Virus record (IMG/VR): IMGVR_UViG_2537561606_000002
Location: 3,904 to 67,903 of that record
Length of the DNA: 64,000 nt
Source: a virus
Taxonomy: Duplodnaviria > Caudoviricetes
Reading direction: 5' to 3' (one strand)
The notes below the pieces were generated by a model. It saw only the letters and a list, made by a program, of their open reading frames with translations. It was not told the origin of the DNA and did not search any database. The position numbers and the translations under genes are program-made. Below are positions 30,084 through 38,891 of this stretch, in pieces. Every line of letters starts with the position of its first letter. Within the stretch, counting starts at the first letter, position 1.

Positions 30084-30139
30084 CCCCACCTTTTGGCCCT
30101 TCCTCACCCGTAAGCGGTGCGGGAGGTCATTGGGTGGGG
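30071..30139 (+). other. -1 programmed ribosomal frameshift signal
   Basis: Heptamer C CCT TTC (30071-30077), 6-nt spacer, long GC-rich hairpin 30084-30139; the -1 frame is open into the Cys-rich ORF. Confidence 0.8.
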
Positions 30140-30520
30140 AATTTTGGTTCGAATCGTTATGACGTATATCCAAAAGGTACCTATTCTGTGGGAGATACCT
30201 GGCACGTCGTGGATGCTCATCTTGATTATGGTACGACAGTAAACGACTGTGATCTGTGCGGCGGTTATGATTCCTGCTATCCTCTAGGACCTTGGTTTAC
30301 TTGTCCTGATTGTCCTGGAGGATACTCACAATCTACAAGTATCGGTCTTTGTTGGACGGGTGGTGGGTTTGTATTTTGTTGTACTTCCACTTGTTGTAGA
30401 CATCTATGCAATTCTTGTTATATATCGAATTGGTATACTCGGTATAGAGTTTTGAAATACGAATTTTTTACCTGGAAACTACTTTCCACATACCAAATTC
30501 AAGGGCGTTTTTGGAGTTAA
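30077..30520 (+). CDS. Cys-rich C-terminal extension (12 Cys) added by -1 frameshift
   Basis: Frame open from the slippery site: RITPPFGPSSPVSGAGGHWVGNFGSNRY...CDLC...CPDC...CCTSTCCRHLCNSC. Confidence 0.7.
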   Translation, partial: RITPPFGPSSPVSGAGGHWVGNFGSNRYDVYPKGTYSVGDTWHVVDAHLDYGTTVNDCDLCGGYDSCYPLGPWFTCPDCPGGYSQSTSIGLCWTGGGFVFCCTSTCCRHLCNSCYISNWYTRYRVLKYEFFTWKLLSTYQIQGRFWS

Positions 30521-30524
30521 ATAT

Positions 30525-30686
30525 ATGAATGAAAAAAAAGATTTAGATCTTCGTTTAGAGATTTGTTTTGCTTGTCCTTTACTTCTGAAAGGTTTCCTTT
30601 TGGAGCGTTGTAGCGTTTGCGGTTGTTTTGTTAGATTAAAAACAAAATTAAAATATGAGTCTTGCCCGATTAAAAAATGGATGTAA
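30525..30686 (+). CDS. Small Cys-rich metal-binding protein, DUF6171-like (53 aa; missing from ORF track)
   Basis: MNEKKDLDLRLEICFACPLLLKGFLLERCSVCGCFVRLKTKLKYESCPIKKWM. Confidence 0.8.
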   Translation: MNEKKDLDLRLEICFACPLLLKGFLLERCSVCGCFVRLKTKLKYESCPIKKWM

Positions 30687-30690
30687 GGAT

Positions 30691-31035
30691 ATGAGTTGTT
30701 GTGGAGGTAAAACAAACACTATGAATCAGGATTTAATTTTTCAACAAATCGGGCAGGTTACTCAAATTGCCAAAAACAAAGGATTATCCGAAAAAGACGC
30801 ATCAAACGAAGCGTATACATTTGTTAAAGGTCTACTATCTAAAACAAGTGAAATCATTCAAAAAAACCCTAGTTTAAATAAGGAACTCATTTTTCATCAA
30901 ATGTCCACACAAGCTTTCGGTCTCTATCATTCTAAAGACGAAACAGAAGAGATTTTAGAATCGGTTTTTAAATCCATTTCGGAACAGATAAATTTGTCTA
31001 AAATTCTTTCGCAAGAGTTTTCAAACCTAAAATGA
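30691..31035 (+). CDS. Hypothetical protein with N-terminal MSCCGG
   Basis: Likely start ATG 30691, directly after the previous stop; helical body. Confidence 0.6.
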   Translation: MSCCGGKTNTMNQDLIFQQIGQVTQIAKNKGLSEKDASNEAYTFVKGLLSKTSEIIQKNPSLNKELIFHQMSTQAFGLYHSKDETEEILESVFKSISEQINLSKILSQEFSNLK

Positions 31036-31253
31036 GCATAAAAGAGTTTTTTAAATTTATTTTTTCCGCAAGAGTCACCTCTATCGTATTGTTTAAAAAA
31101 AAGAAGTTCAGTTTAATTTTTAGAAACTATTTTTCCCTAGGCTTGATCGGTTTTCCGATTCTTTCTTGTAAAATAGAAAAACAGTTTCAATCCCGTTTTA
31201 AAAGTTTTTCTGTTGCATTATTCGGTTTAGAAGTAGTGATTCTTATTTTTTAA
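31032..31253 (+). CDS. Small hydrophobic hypothetical protein
   Basis: ATGA overlap with the previous gene; 73 aa. Confidence 0.4.
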   Translation: MSIKEFFKFIFSARVTSIVLFKKKKFSLIFRNYFSLGLIGFPILSCKIEKQFQSRFKSFSVALFGLEVVILIF

Positions 31254-31562
31254 ATTATTAAATTCGTATTGAAAGCTTTCTAAACCTATTATTTTAATTA
31301 AAAAATCAATATGAAATTTAGAATTTTATCTCATCATATTTTTTATAAATTAATCTTTATTTTTTTGTTTTCTTTTTGAATTACAATCACAACCCAAAGA
31401 AGAGATAATATATAAAAATCTTTCCGTTGTATTTAGAAATACCAAAAGAAATTGGAAAGTTAAAAAAGTTTAGTAGATTAAACCTACGGTATAATCCAAA
31501 TTTAAAAAAACAGAGAAGAATATCCGAAAATTATTTCTGAATCAAAAAATAAATCAGATCCG

Positions 31563-31886
31563 TTAGTTATCCAATACTTGATTTATATATATATCAGAAG
31601 CAAAATTAATCATTTCTTCCCAGCTATTAAACTTCGTATTTTGACTTACAAAAGCATCCCAATCCGGGCTTTTTTCTAATTTCGTAAAATCATCCTCAGA
31701 ATTTATTACAAATCCGGAAGAGCTAAACATTTCCTCTACGCTGGAATAATCCGTATATTTACTCATGAATTCAGTAGGAAATAATTCTAAAAATCCGATT
31801 TCCTTCTTTTCAGATAATTTTTTAAGATTATTTTCAAGATTTTTTAAACCATTTTGAAATTCGTCGAAACCCTCTAACTTTATCAT
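31563..31886 (-). CDS. Acidic hypothetical protein (moron-like)
   Basis: ATG 31886 with AGGAG SD; ELFPTEFMSKYT..WDAFVSQNTKFNSWEEM; AT-rich flanks. Confidence 0.65.
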   Translation of the reverse strand: MIKLEGFDEFQNGLKNLENNLKKLSEKKEIGFLELFPTEFMSKYTDYSSVEEMFSSSGFVINSEDDFTKLEKSPDWDAFVSQNTKFNSWEEMINFASDIYINQVLDN

Positions 31887-32030
31887 ATAAAAAACTCCTA
31901 AAGAATAGGACCGAATTTGATCTTTGCCGAACATTTTGTCAATTTTAGAATTTAATGTTTTAAAATATAATAATTGATTATATATCTCCAACAAAAACAG
32001 GGACTATTTTTGATTCTTGAAATTACTCAA

Positions 32031-32252
32031 TTATTCGCATTCTTTCTGTTGCAAAAACTTTTCGTAGTCCCCGAGCAAATTCTCTTTTGTTATAAACTCT
32101 ATAAGCCTATCTCTATCCTTAAATCTTTTGTCTACATTCATTAAAATATCATCAAAAATAGAATGAGTTAATTTTTGAAAATACAGCCCCTCCACAAGAA
32201 GGGCCCTTAAATGTAAAACTTCCGGGTGGTGTATAAAATGTTCCTGGTTCAT
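32031..32252 (-). CDS. Hypothetical protein
   Basis: ORF of 73 aa with CCGATA 28 nt upstream. Confidence 0.6.
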   Translation of the reverse strand: MNQEHFIHHPEVLHLRALLVEGLYFQKLTHSIFDDILMNVDKRFKDRDRLIEFITKENLLGDYEKFLQQKECE

Positions 32253-32313
32253 ATATTTTTAATATACTCAAAATATTCGGTATCGGTTGACTAAAAAAGA
32301 AATGGAATTATCC

Positions 32314-33177
32314 TCAATTTCTTTTAGTTTTGTCTGTTATGGACTTAAGTAGTTTGTAGAGTTCCGTTTTTTGGACTTCTATGTTTTGGAAATATTTACG
32401 TTCCTTTTTTAAAATAAAACGTAGATCTAAAAGTTTTGATTTTAAAATTTCTACTTTTGGGTTTATAAATTCTTTTGGAATATCCTTTTTATTTAAAAAA
32501 AATTGAAACCCTTCTTCGTCTAATGCAACAATACTCCCAAGACCCTTCCAATTTTTAGGATAGTGTTTTAGATATGCTTTTTTAGCGTCCTTTTCACTTC
32601 TAAACCCTAACATCAATTTATGCTCGTCAAAGTTTCCATCCTTGTCTTTTTGATTGATTAGGTAGTATGTATTCTTATTTTTTTCAGGCCCAAGAAATAC
32701 TCCTATACCTTCGTCACCGCTAGATTTTTGTATATATCCATAGTCAAAAAATAACTTACACTTCCAACGTTTTCCATTCGAATCAAACCCTTCCCGATAA
32801 CTTCCCTTTTCATTTTCAATTTTTACTACTATCGCATTTTCCTCTAATAGAGAGGATTTTTGTAGAAGAAAGTCATCGGATTCTTGATTTTCTAGATTTG
32901 TGTTTTTAAGGATCTCTACCAAATCCAAAGCACCTAAATTTTTGAATTCTTTAGAGAGTGCTATTTTTGCTTGGGGTGAGAGAGTTTTTTTGGAAGACTG
33001 AAATACTTTTTTTAAACAAGATTTTTGAAGTAAGTAAAGTTCTTCTCCAACCTCCTTGTCATCATCCATGACAGTATCTTGCCAATAGGTATTTTCCTTT
33101 GTCATGGCAAGGTGGACCTTATCTAAAATGATTTCCGCTAATTCAATTGTAATTTCTTCTGTTTGTAATACCTTCAA
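32314..33177 (-). CDS. Protein with phage polyvalent-protein InPase (inorganic pyrophosphatase-like) domain
   Basis: IENEKGSYREG..GKRW...DYGYI...VFLGP...INQ...FDEHKLMLGF..AKKAYL.HY..W.G. Confidence 0.8.
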   Translation of the reverse strand: MKVLQTEEITIELAEIILDKVHLAMTKENTYWQDTVMDDDKEVGEELYLLQKSCLKKVFQSSKKTLSPQAKIALSKEFKNLGALDLVEILKNTNLENQESDDFLLQKSSLLEENAIVVKIENEKGSYREGFDSNGKRWKCKLFFDYGYIQKSSGDEGIGVFLGPEKNKNTYYLINQKDKDGNFDEHKLMLGFRSEKDAKKAYLKHYPKNWKGLGSIVALDEEGFQFFLNKKDIPKEFINPKVEILKSKLLDLRFILKKERKYFQNIEVQKTELYKLLKSITDKTKRN

Positions 33178-33183
33178 AAAATC

Positions 33184-33600
33184 TTACAAAATATCTTTAG
33201 GGGTTATGATTTCTTTATCCTCATAGATCACTTTTTTAAATTCTCTTTTTTGGTCCCTATCGAGAGAGGAATAAAAAGCTTTGATACTTCCGGTTTGTAA
33301 ATTGTTTCCATAGGGTAAAACCAAAACGATTGGATTTATTTTATGAATTTGTCGAAACGGTTTTACGACTAACCTTTCCAATTTTTCCACTATATTCAAA
33401 GTATTGATTGTTCTTGGATCATAGTAGAGTAACATCACTTGACCTGGATTTTGAGTTTGTAACATTAATTTTTGATAATATATAGTAACCGCAAGCCGGA
33501 TCATTCCAAAAAGATAAATTGGAAAAACAAATAGTAGTTTTAGTTTTTCCCTGATTTGTACTAATATTTCTTTTAGTGAATTTTTACATACCTGTTTCAT
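33184..33600 (-). CDS. Membrane-anchored hypothetical protein
   Basis: ORF of 138 aa with one TM segment. Confidence 0.55.
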   Translation of the reverse strand: MKQVCKNSLKEILVQIREKLKLLFVFPIYLFGMIRLAVTIYYQKLMLQTQNPGQVMLLYYDPRTINTLNIVEKLERLVVKPFRQIHKINPIVLVLPYGNNLQTGSIKAFYSSLDRDQKREFKKVIYEDKEIITPKDIL

Positions 33601-33607
33601 TTTACTT

Positions 33608-34720
33608 TTATTCTCTCGTATTTAAATTGGACAGCGGTTTCATCCTGAATATTTTAGGTTTGTCCCTATCCTCTCCGCTTCCGGATTCTATAAAGCCGGT
33701 AATTCTAAAACTAGGATGATATTCGTAAATGATACTATATCCGTTTTTAGGTTTGTCGTTCTTCCACTTGATTTTAGAATCCCCAAAAACTTGAAAGTCC
33801 TGTCCTTGAATGTGTTCTTTAATAGAGGACTTTTCTTTTGAGATGATTTTTTCCACTTTTCTAATCGGTGAATAGGATACTTTGTCATAGCTACCGAATT
33901 GATAGGGGATAAACTCAGAATGTGTGAGTGTAGAGACAAGTAAGGTGATTATATCCCCTTGGCTCAAGTTATATCCTACACCCATTACGGCCATAAGTTC
34001 GCCATCGTTAAAAGTTATTTGGCTATTTCCAAAAATCTTTTTTGCGTCCTGTTCGTTACGGAATGTCTTGTATCCTACCTTTACCGGATATATAATCTTC
34101 AGTTTTAATCGAAAAAGTCCGTTGACCCTATTTGGAAACTGGATCGAATTGAGTGTAAAACCGGAACATTCCACACAACTTGTCTCTCCTAAATCATTCA
34201 CCTTAAAAATTTCCACGACTCCTACGATTGCACCTAATGGTAATTTAGGAGAAAGAGAATATTCGTTCTCTCCAAAAGCTTCCACCGTGATTTCCTCGAT
34301 CATGGAAATCTCATAGTGAAGTAAAACTGCATTCCAAAACTTTAATGCTTCTTCCACTTCGATATAATCTTCGTATATCCTTTTAATCGTCAGGGGTTTA
34401 TGGGTTTCTCTTGAGATAAGATTTAAACTATGAACTTTATGAATGGGACTAAACCGGGTATATACCCGGTTATGTTCCACCTTGTAGGCTAGTTCTTCCT
34501 TTATTTCCAAGGTCTCTTGAAAATTACGTATGAGTCCGTCATAACAAAACTTACAATCCGGAAGTCTTTCTTCTGTCGGACAGGGACAGGGGGTCAGTCT
34601 ATACCAAAGACAAGACTCCCCTCTTCTCTCCAACATTTCTTCATTAGTTAAAGGGGTTAAAACGTTCGGTTTTGTGGTGATGTTAAAGGGGGAAATACCC
34701 CCTTTGCCCGTTTTTCTCAA
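33608..34720 (-). CDS. Neck/head-closure protein (SPO1/Twort-like)
   Basis: RRGE..LW...PCPC....DCKFCYDG motif typical of Herelleviridae-type neck proteins. Confidence 0.65.
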   Translation of the reverse strand: MRKTGKGGISPFNITTKPNVLTPLTNEEMLERRGESCLWYRLTPCPCPTEERLPDCKFCYDGLIRNFQETLEIKEELAYKVEHNRVYTRFSPIHKVHSLNLISRETHKPLTIKRIYEDYIEVEEALKFWNAVLLHYEISMIEEITVEAFGENEYSLSPKLPLGAIVGVVEIFKVNDLGETSCVECSGFTLNSIQFPNRVNGLFRLKLKIIYPVKVGYKTFRNEQDAKKIFGNSQITFNDGELMAVMGVGYNLSQGDIITLLVSTLTHSEFIPYQFGSYDKVSYSPIRKVEKIISKEKSSIKEHIQGQDFQVFGDSKIKWKNDKPKNGYSIIYEYHPSFRITGFIESGSGEDRDKPKIFRMKPLSNLNTRE

Positions 34721-35007
34721 ACCCTTTTCAGTCTTGTAGCCTGGGTTACGAACTCTTGATGTTTTTTGTCGTAACCTTTTCTAAGTTCGAATTCCACCCT
34801 TAAACCAATCGTTATGTCTTCGTTTTTGATCGATGAATATTTAGCGTTAAAAAAATATTCCCTACCATTTGATTCGATAAAGCCGTAACCTCCTTTATTG
34901 ACGTTACGATTCCAAGGGATATAACGAATTACGTTTCCTGTTAGATTGTTTTTAGTTTCCAAGCGATATAATTTGAGAGCCAGGAACGTTCTGGTTCCAT
35001 AGCGCAC
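34717..35007 (-). CDS. Cold-shock (OB-fold) domain protein
   Basis: GNV..Y, KGGYGFI (RNP-1), EYFFN (RNP-2), G.RVEFEL, QATRL. The true start is probably the downstream TTG. Confidence 0.8.
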   Translation of the reverse strand: MRYGTRTFLALKLYRLETKNNLTGNVIRYIPWNRNVNKGGYGFIESNGREYFFNAKYSSIKNEDITIGLRVEFELRKGYDKKHQEFVTQATRLKRV

Positions 35008-35510
35008 GTAGGTTCCTCCCAGGTCCCTACCCTGTAAATTACATCAGACTTTGTTATCGGGCCGTATTTTTTTTCTAATCGGATTCTTTCCCTGTTTGCT
35101 TCCATGTTTTGTTTAAAAATTTCATCGGTTCTCAGCCTTTCTTTTGCGTCTCTAATCTTACCTTGTCTAAATATTTCACTAACCTCGTCGTCTTCGTCCG
35201 TTTCTTTGAATGTGAATGTTTCGTATTCATGGGAACAGTTTGGGTGTAACGGACAACAGAATTGATAGTCTTTGAATTTTAGGTTTGCATTATTTTTTCC
35301 GAGCCATACCGCTATATTTGTGATTGGATCTCCGCTAAACTTATCACCTCCTAGAAATTTGAGTCCTAGGCTCTGCATATATTGGGGATCGTTTAAATGT
35401 TCTTCGGATATAAAAACCCGCGCGACTAGCCCTTTAAATTCAAGACACTTGTCACAACTGACAGGACGTAAAGTTGTATTCGCCAAATTGTTAGTAGTTT
35501 CCTCCTCCAA
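34941..35510 (-). CDS. MuF/SPP1 gp7-like head morphogenesis protein, C-terminal part
   Basis: CDKC...G and PLHPNC motifs. Confidence 0.7.
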   Translation of the reverse strand: MEEETTNNLANTTLRPVSCDKCLEFKGLVARVFISEEHLNDPQYMQSLGLKFLGGDKFSGDPITNIAVWLGKNNANLKFKDYQFCCPLHPNCSHEYETFTFKETDEDDEVSEIFRQGKIRDAKERLRTDEIFKQNMEANRERIRLEKKYGPITKSDVIYRVGTWEEPTCAMEPERSWLSNYIAWKLKTI

Positions 35511-36462
35511 ACTTTACATACGAAGGAGTATTTTTTTCGTTTATAAGGTAGAGTAGTTTTCCGTTGTTAAAATTTATCGATAGTTCCGTGTATGCAAAAC
35601 GAGTCATGTCCCGGTTTAAGTGATTTGTGACTAACTCTTCGTATTCTTTTTCTCTTTTACTTCTTTGTTCTTCCGAGATATTTTCTTCGAATAAACCTAA
35701 AGCTTTTTTGATTTCTGTGTCGTCGGGTGAGAGCATCAAACTTCGGATTTCCTCTTCGGTTGCGTTTCTTTCCAGACATTGGGCGATCTGTTCCCTGTAC
35801 GTTTTAGTGATGAGCTCATACGCCTTACCTTTTCTTTCCCCGTTATGATCATAGATCGCAAGCCACTCTGCTCCTTTTGATTTTCCATAGAGTAGACCGT
35901 AGGTTTGTTCGTCGGTTAGATGGAGTGTTTCTTTAAGTGCGTCTATATCCTCAAGTCCGGGTAAATTGTATGTTTTGGAGGTTTCTGAAAATTCAGGCAG
36001 TGTCATTTTTTTTAGATCGTCTTCATACTCCCCTTTTTCAATTAAAGCCTGTGCTATATATCCAAGGATAGACGTTTTATCCCTGAGTTCCAAATAGATC
36101 CGATTCCAGTCATTCGCCAAAAAATCAAAAATTTCCTGATCCGTTGTCTCTAAATCCTCTCGTCTAACAACACCTTGGGGAAATTCTAACCTGTCTTTTC
36201 TTTTTGAATATGAGCTATAATCCGTAAAAGGATCAGGTTTGATTTCAAGCTTTCTAGGATAGTAGGTAGGTCTTGATAGTAGTTCCCCGAAAAAACGTCT
36301 TCTTAAAACCCCCATCACATCCGACCAAAGTGATTTTTGGACGATTATCTCTAAATTATGATTACCTAATACTGTATATTGCAGACCTAAAAAATAATAG
36401 AGTAAGGCATAACTTAATTCCCTAAGTACCCTATATTCCGAGAGTGGGGATTCTCTTTTCAT
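35491..36462 (-). CDS. MuF/SPP1 gp7-like head morphogenesis protein, N-terminal part
   Basis: RDMTRFAYTE..FNNG motif (MuF RIARTE equivalent) near the C-terminus. Confidence 0.7.
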   Translation of the reverse strand: MKRESPLSEYRVLRELSYALLYYFLGLQYTVLGNHNLEIIVQKSLWSDVMGVLRRRFFGELLSRPTYYPRKLEIKPDPFTDYSSYSKRKDRLEFPQGVVRREDLETTDQEIFDFLANDWNRIYLELRDKTSILGYIAQALIEKGEYEDDLKKMTLPEFSETSKTYNLPGLEDIDALKETLHLTDEQTYGLLYGKSKGAEWLAIYDHNGERKGKAYELITKTYREQIAQCLERNATEEEIRSLMLSPDDTEIKKALGLFEENISEEQRSKREKEYEELVTNHLNRDMTRFAYTELSINFNNGKLLYLINEKNTPSYVKFGGGNY

Positions 36463-36465
36463 GAT

Positions 36466-36810
36466 TTATTGGGTAAGTAGTTTATCCAATTTCCAAAGAA
36501 ATATATGGAGAATCGTGTCTCTGTCGGAAATATTAGATATTGATGATACTAGACTATCATAGAGGGTTTGTCTTCGTGTTTCTTTCAGATTTAAAACCAG
36601 GTTTGAAATTTGGGTTTCTTCTTGTGCGGGCCTAAATCCCTTCTCATCTAAATATTTATATAACTTGATCAAAAAAACATAAAATAACGTGTCTCTTGGT
36701 TCTTTATTTAAGACCCCGGATGTAAGTTGATCGTATAGAATTTGTCTGTTTTTTTCCTCCAATTGTACGATCCATTTTGATAGTTCGAATTTATTTTCCG
36801 TTTCTTCCAT
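36466..36810 (-). CDS. Hypothetical protein with internal duplication
   Basis: Two copies of L.E..RQ.LYD.L.S......RDT....FL.KL.K.L. Confidence 0.7.
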   Translation of the reverse strand: MEETENKFELSKWIVQLEEKNRQILYDQLTSGVLNKEPRDTLFYVFLIKLYKYLDEKGFRPAQEETQISNLVLNLKETRRQTLYDSLVSSISNISDRDTILHIFLWKLDKLLTQ

Positions 36811-36888
36811 TGGTTTTTTCCTACGTTTTATTAACTTAAATTCGAATATACTTCCCCTTTCATCTTATCGGGTTTTAAAAGTATAGGA

Positions 36889-38319
36889 TTACCTTAGAAA
36901 ATTTTGGCCTACCCCATATCTTTTCAGGATCTCTTTTCTTAAATTTTCAAGCGTCTCTGGTTTTTGTCTTCGAATCTCTTTTAATACGTCCTCTTTTTTT
37001 CTGGTTATGATTAGGTTAGATTTTCCCACAACTTTCAGTGCGAAATACCTAAGTGCATCCATTGCGTGATTATTATATTTGATCGGGATTTCTTTTGGGT
37101 TTTTTCCTTCTTTTGGTTCCTCCCAAGAGTATATGGAAAATTCCTCTAAGGTATGTACACACGTATCAAAAATTCTTAATTTGATTCCTTCTTTTGCTTC
37201 TAAAAGTTTGATCAAGGCTTGAATTCCCGTGGCTATATCCTTTTCAGCCGCTATGGTTAAATAACCACATTCCGCCATAGTGGCCCTGTCTTCGGAGTCA
37301 TGATCAGCTATGATAAAGAGGTTCGGTTTTTTACTTTTATTTAATGTTTCACAGTGTACCCTTACCGTTTTTTCTGTTTGGTAGTGTTCGTTTGTTAAAT
37401 ACCAAGTTTCATTGGACTGATCATAATAAAGCCAGAGAAACACAAACGGATTTGTATATCCAAAATCAACCACACCCGCGCTGTCCCAAGTTTGTGGAAT
37501 CTCGAACGGTTTTACGATCGCTTGTTCGTAGTTTTTATAGACAAGTCCTTCTACATCCACCCATAGCCCTTTATACAACCGATCCCTTTCGATTCCTGTG
37601 AGCTCCGATAACAGTAGTTTATATTCTTCGGTTAGATATGGATTATCAAGTGGAGTCCAAGACCTCCGGCTCATTTTTCCCATTCTTTGAATACTTAGTG
37701 TTTCACAAGTTTCCGGGTCTTGTTTTAAAACGAAATATTTGTAAATCCAGTGGTAACGATTTCTTGGATTACAATCGATTATGATTTTATTATTTAAATC
37801 CGGTCTTACGAATGAGAGTCTTGTTTTTAATTTTTGATAGGTGGAATAGGAAATTTGTGTAGCTTCGTTTATAAAGATCGTATTAAACTCGGTTCCCATG
37901 ATCTTTTCCACTCTTGTGGAATCGTCAAGACCGGCCGTATAGATTTCGGAACCGTTTTGTAAAGTGATGATTAATTCGGATTCATTGAGTTCATAGTCCC
38001 TCCCCCTTCTAAATCCCATGTCCTTGATACAAGGAAGGATCGTTTGTCTCCATACGGACATTTTTAAGTGATTGAGTCTAAATCTGGCGATTAAGTGACG
38101 AGACTCCTTAGACAAAAACGCACGGGATAGGATCGATTTTATGACAAGGTACGTTTTTCCGCTTCTGGCTCCGCCGTCATAACAGATTTCCTGAATGTTA
38201 CTGTTCGCCCAGTCTTCTTCTAAGGCAGTACACTGTTTTTCGGAAAAGATCGATTTTTTCGAAATTACATTTTTATGTATCTTCTTGTATTTGATTTCTT
38301 GTAGTTGTTTTTTTGACAC
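36889..38319 (-). CDS. terL: Terminase large subunit (PBSX-like)
   Basis: Walker A GGARSGKT, Walker B IFINE, DCNP, nuclease DFGYTNP and NNHAMDALRY. Confidence 0.95.
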   Translation of the reverse strand: MSKKQLQEIKYKKIHKNVISKKSIFSEKQCTALEEDWANSNIQEICYDGGARSGKTYLVIKSILSRAFLSKESRHLIARFRLNHLKMSVWRQTILPCIKDMGFRRGRDYELNESELIITLQNGSEIYTAGLDDSTRVEKIMGTEFNTIFINEATQISYSTYQKLKTRLSFVRPDLNNKIIIDCNPRNRYHWIYKYFVLKQDPETCETLSIQRMGKMSRRSWTPLDNPYLTEEYKLLLSELTGIERDRLYKGLWVDVEGLVYKNYEQAIVKPFEIPQTWDSAGVVDFGYTNPFVFLWLYYDQSNETWYLTNEHYQTEKTVRVHCETLNKSKKPNLFIIADHDSEDRATMAECGYLTIAAEKDIATGIQALIKLLEAKEGIKLRIFDTCVHTLEEFSIYSWEEPKEGKNPKEIPIKYNNHAMDALRYFALKVVGKSNLIITRKKEDVLKEIRRQKPETLENLRKEILKRYGVGQNFLR

Positions 38320-38887
38320 CTACATGATCTTTACCGAGTAACTTTTCAACCGTTCCGGGCGTTTCCCCTACCCCCGTTACGATTTGAATGTTGACTTGAT
38401 TTTTTTCTTCCGAGTTATTTTGTTCCGTTCGAATTGTATCAGGGACCGATAAAGATCGGAGTAACTCTTTTATATGTGTGTATCTTGATTTACTTAAAAT
38501 TGATAATTCTAAATTCGAAGTTTTAGGATTTGTCATTCTTGATTTGTAAATTTCTAAGTATTTGGTCGCCTCCATATTGATTTTTGTGATTGCATCGGCC
38601 AAATTCGTCAAAATTTGGAGGTCTGAAACTACCCTTAAATTTCCTGAAATTTCCTTACGATCAGTATTCCATGAGTTGTATCGTATCAGATTGTCCAACT
38701 GTTTGTAACCAAGGCCGTATTTCCTACAGATACTTTCTCTTGAAGTCCCTTGTAAGTATTCCTTACGTAAAATCTCTAATTCTTTTTCAGAAAAAATTAC
38801 GTTTTTTTTGACCCCACTTCTTTTTTTAATCCTTAGCTTTCCATTTTTAGCCGGTTCTTTTTTGGCTTTTTTCTTAATTTTCGGCAT
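38273..38887 (-). CDS. terS: Terminase small subunit
   Basis: HTH (EYLQGTSRESICRKYGL) directly upstream of terL. Confidence 0.7.
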   Translation of the reverse strand: MPKIKKKAKKEPAKNGKLRIKKRSGVKKNVIFSEKELEILRKEYLQGTSRESICRKYGLGYKQLDNLIRYNSWNTDRKEISGNLRVVSDLQILTNLADAITKINMEATKYLEIYKSRMTNPKTSNLELSILSKSRYTHIKELLRSLSVPDTIRTEQNNSEEKNQVNIQIVTGVGETPGTVEKLLGKDHVGVKKTTTRNQIQEDT

Positions 38888-38891
38888 TTTT

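Noticed and set aside
29310..31253. Diversity-generating retroelement or invertase-driven fibre switching
   Set aside because: No reverse transcriptase, template/variable repeat pair or site-specific invertase in the window.
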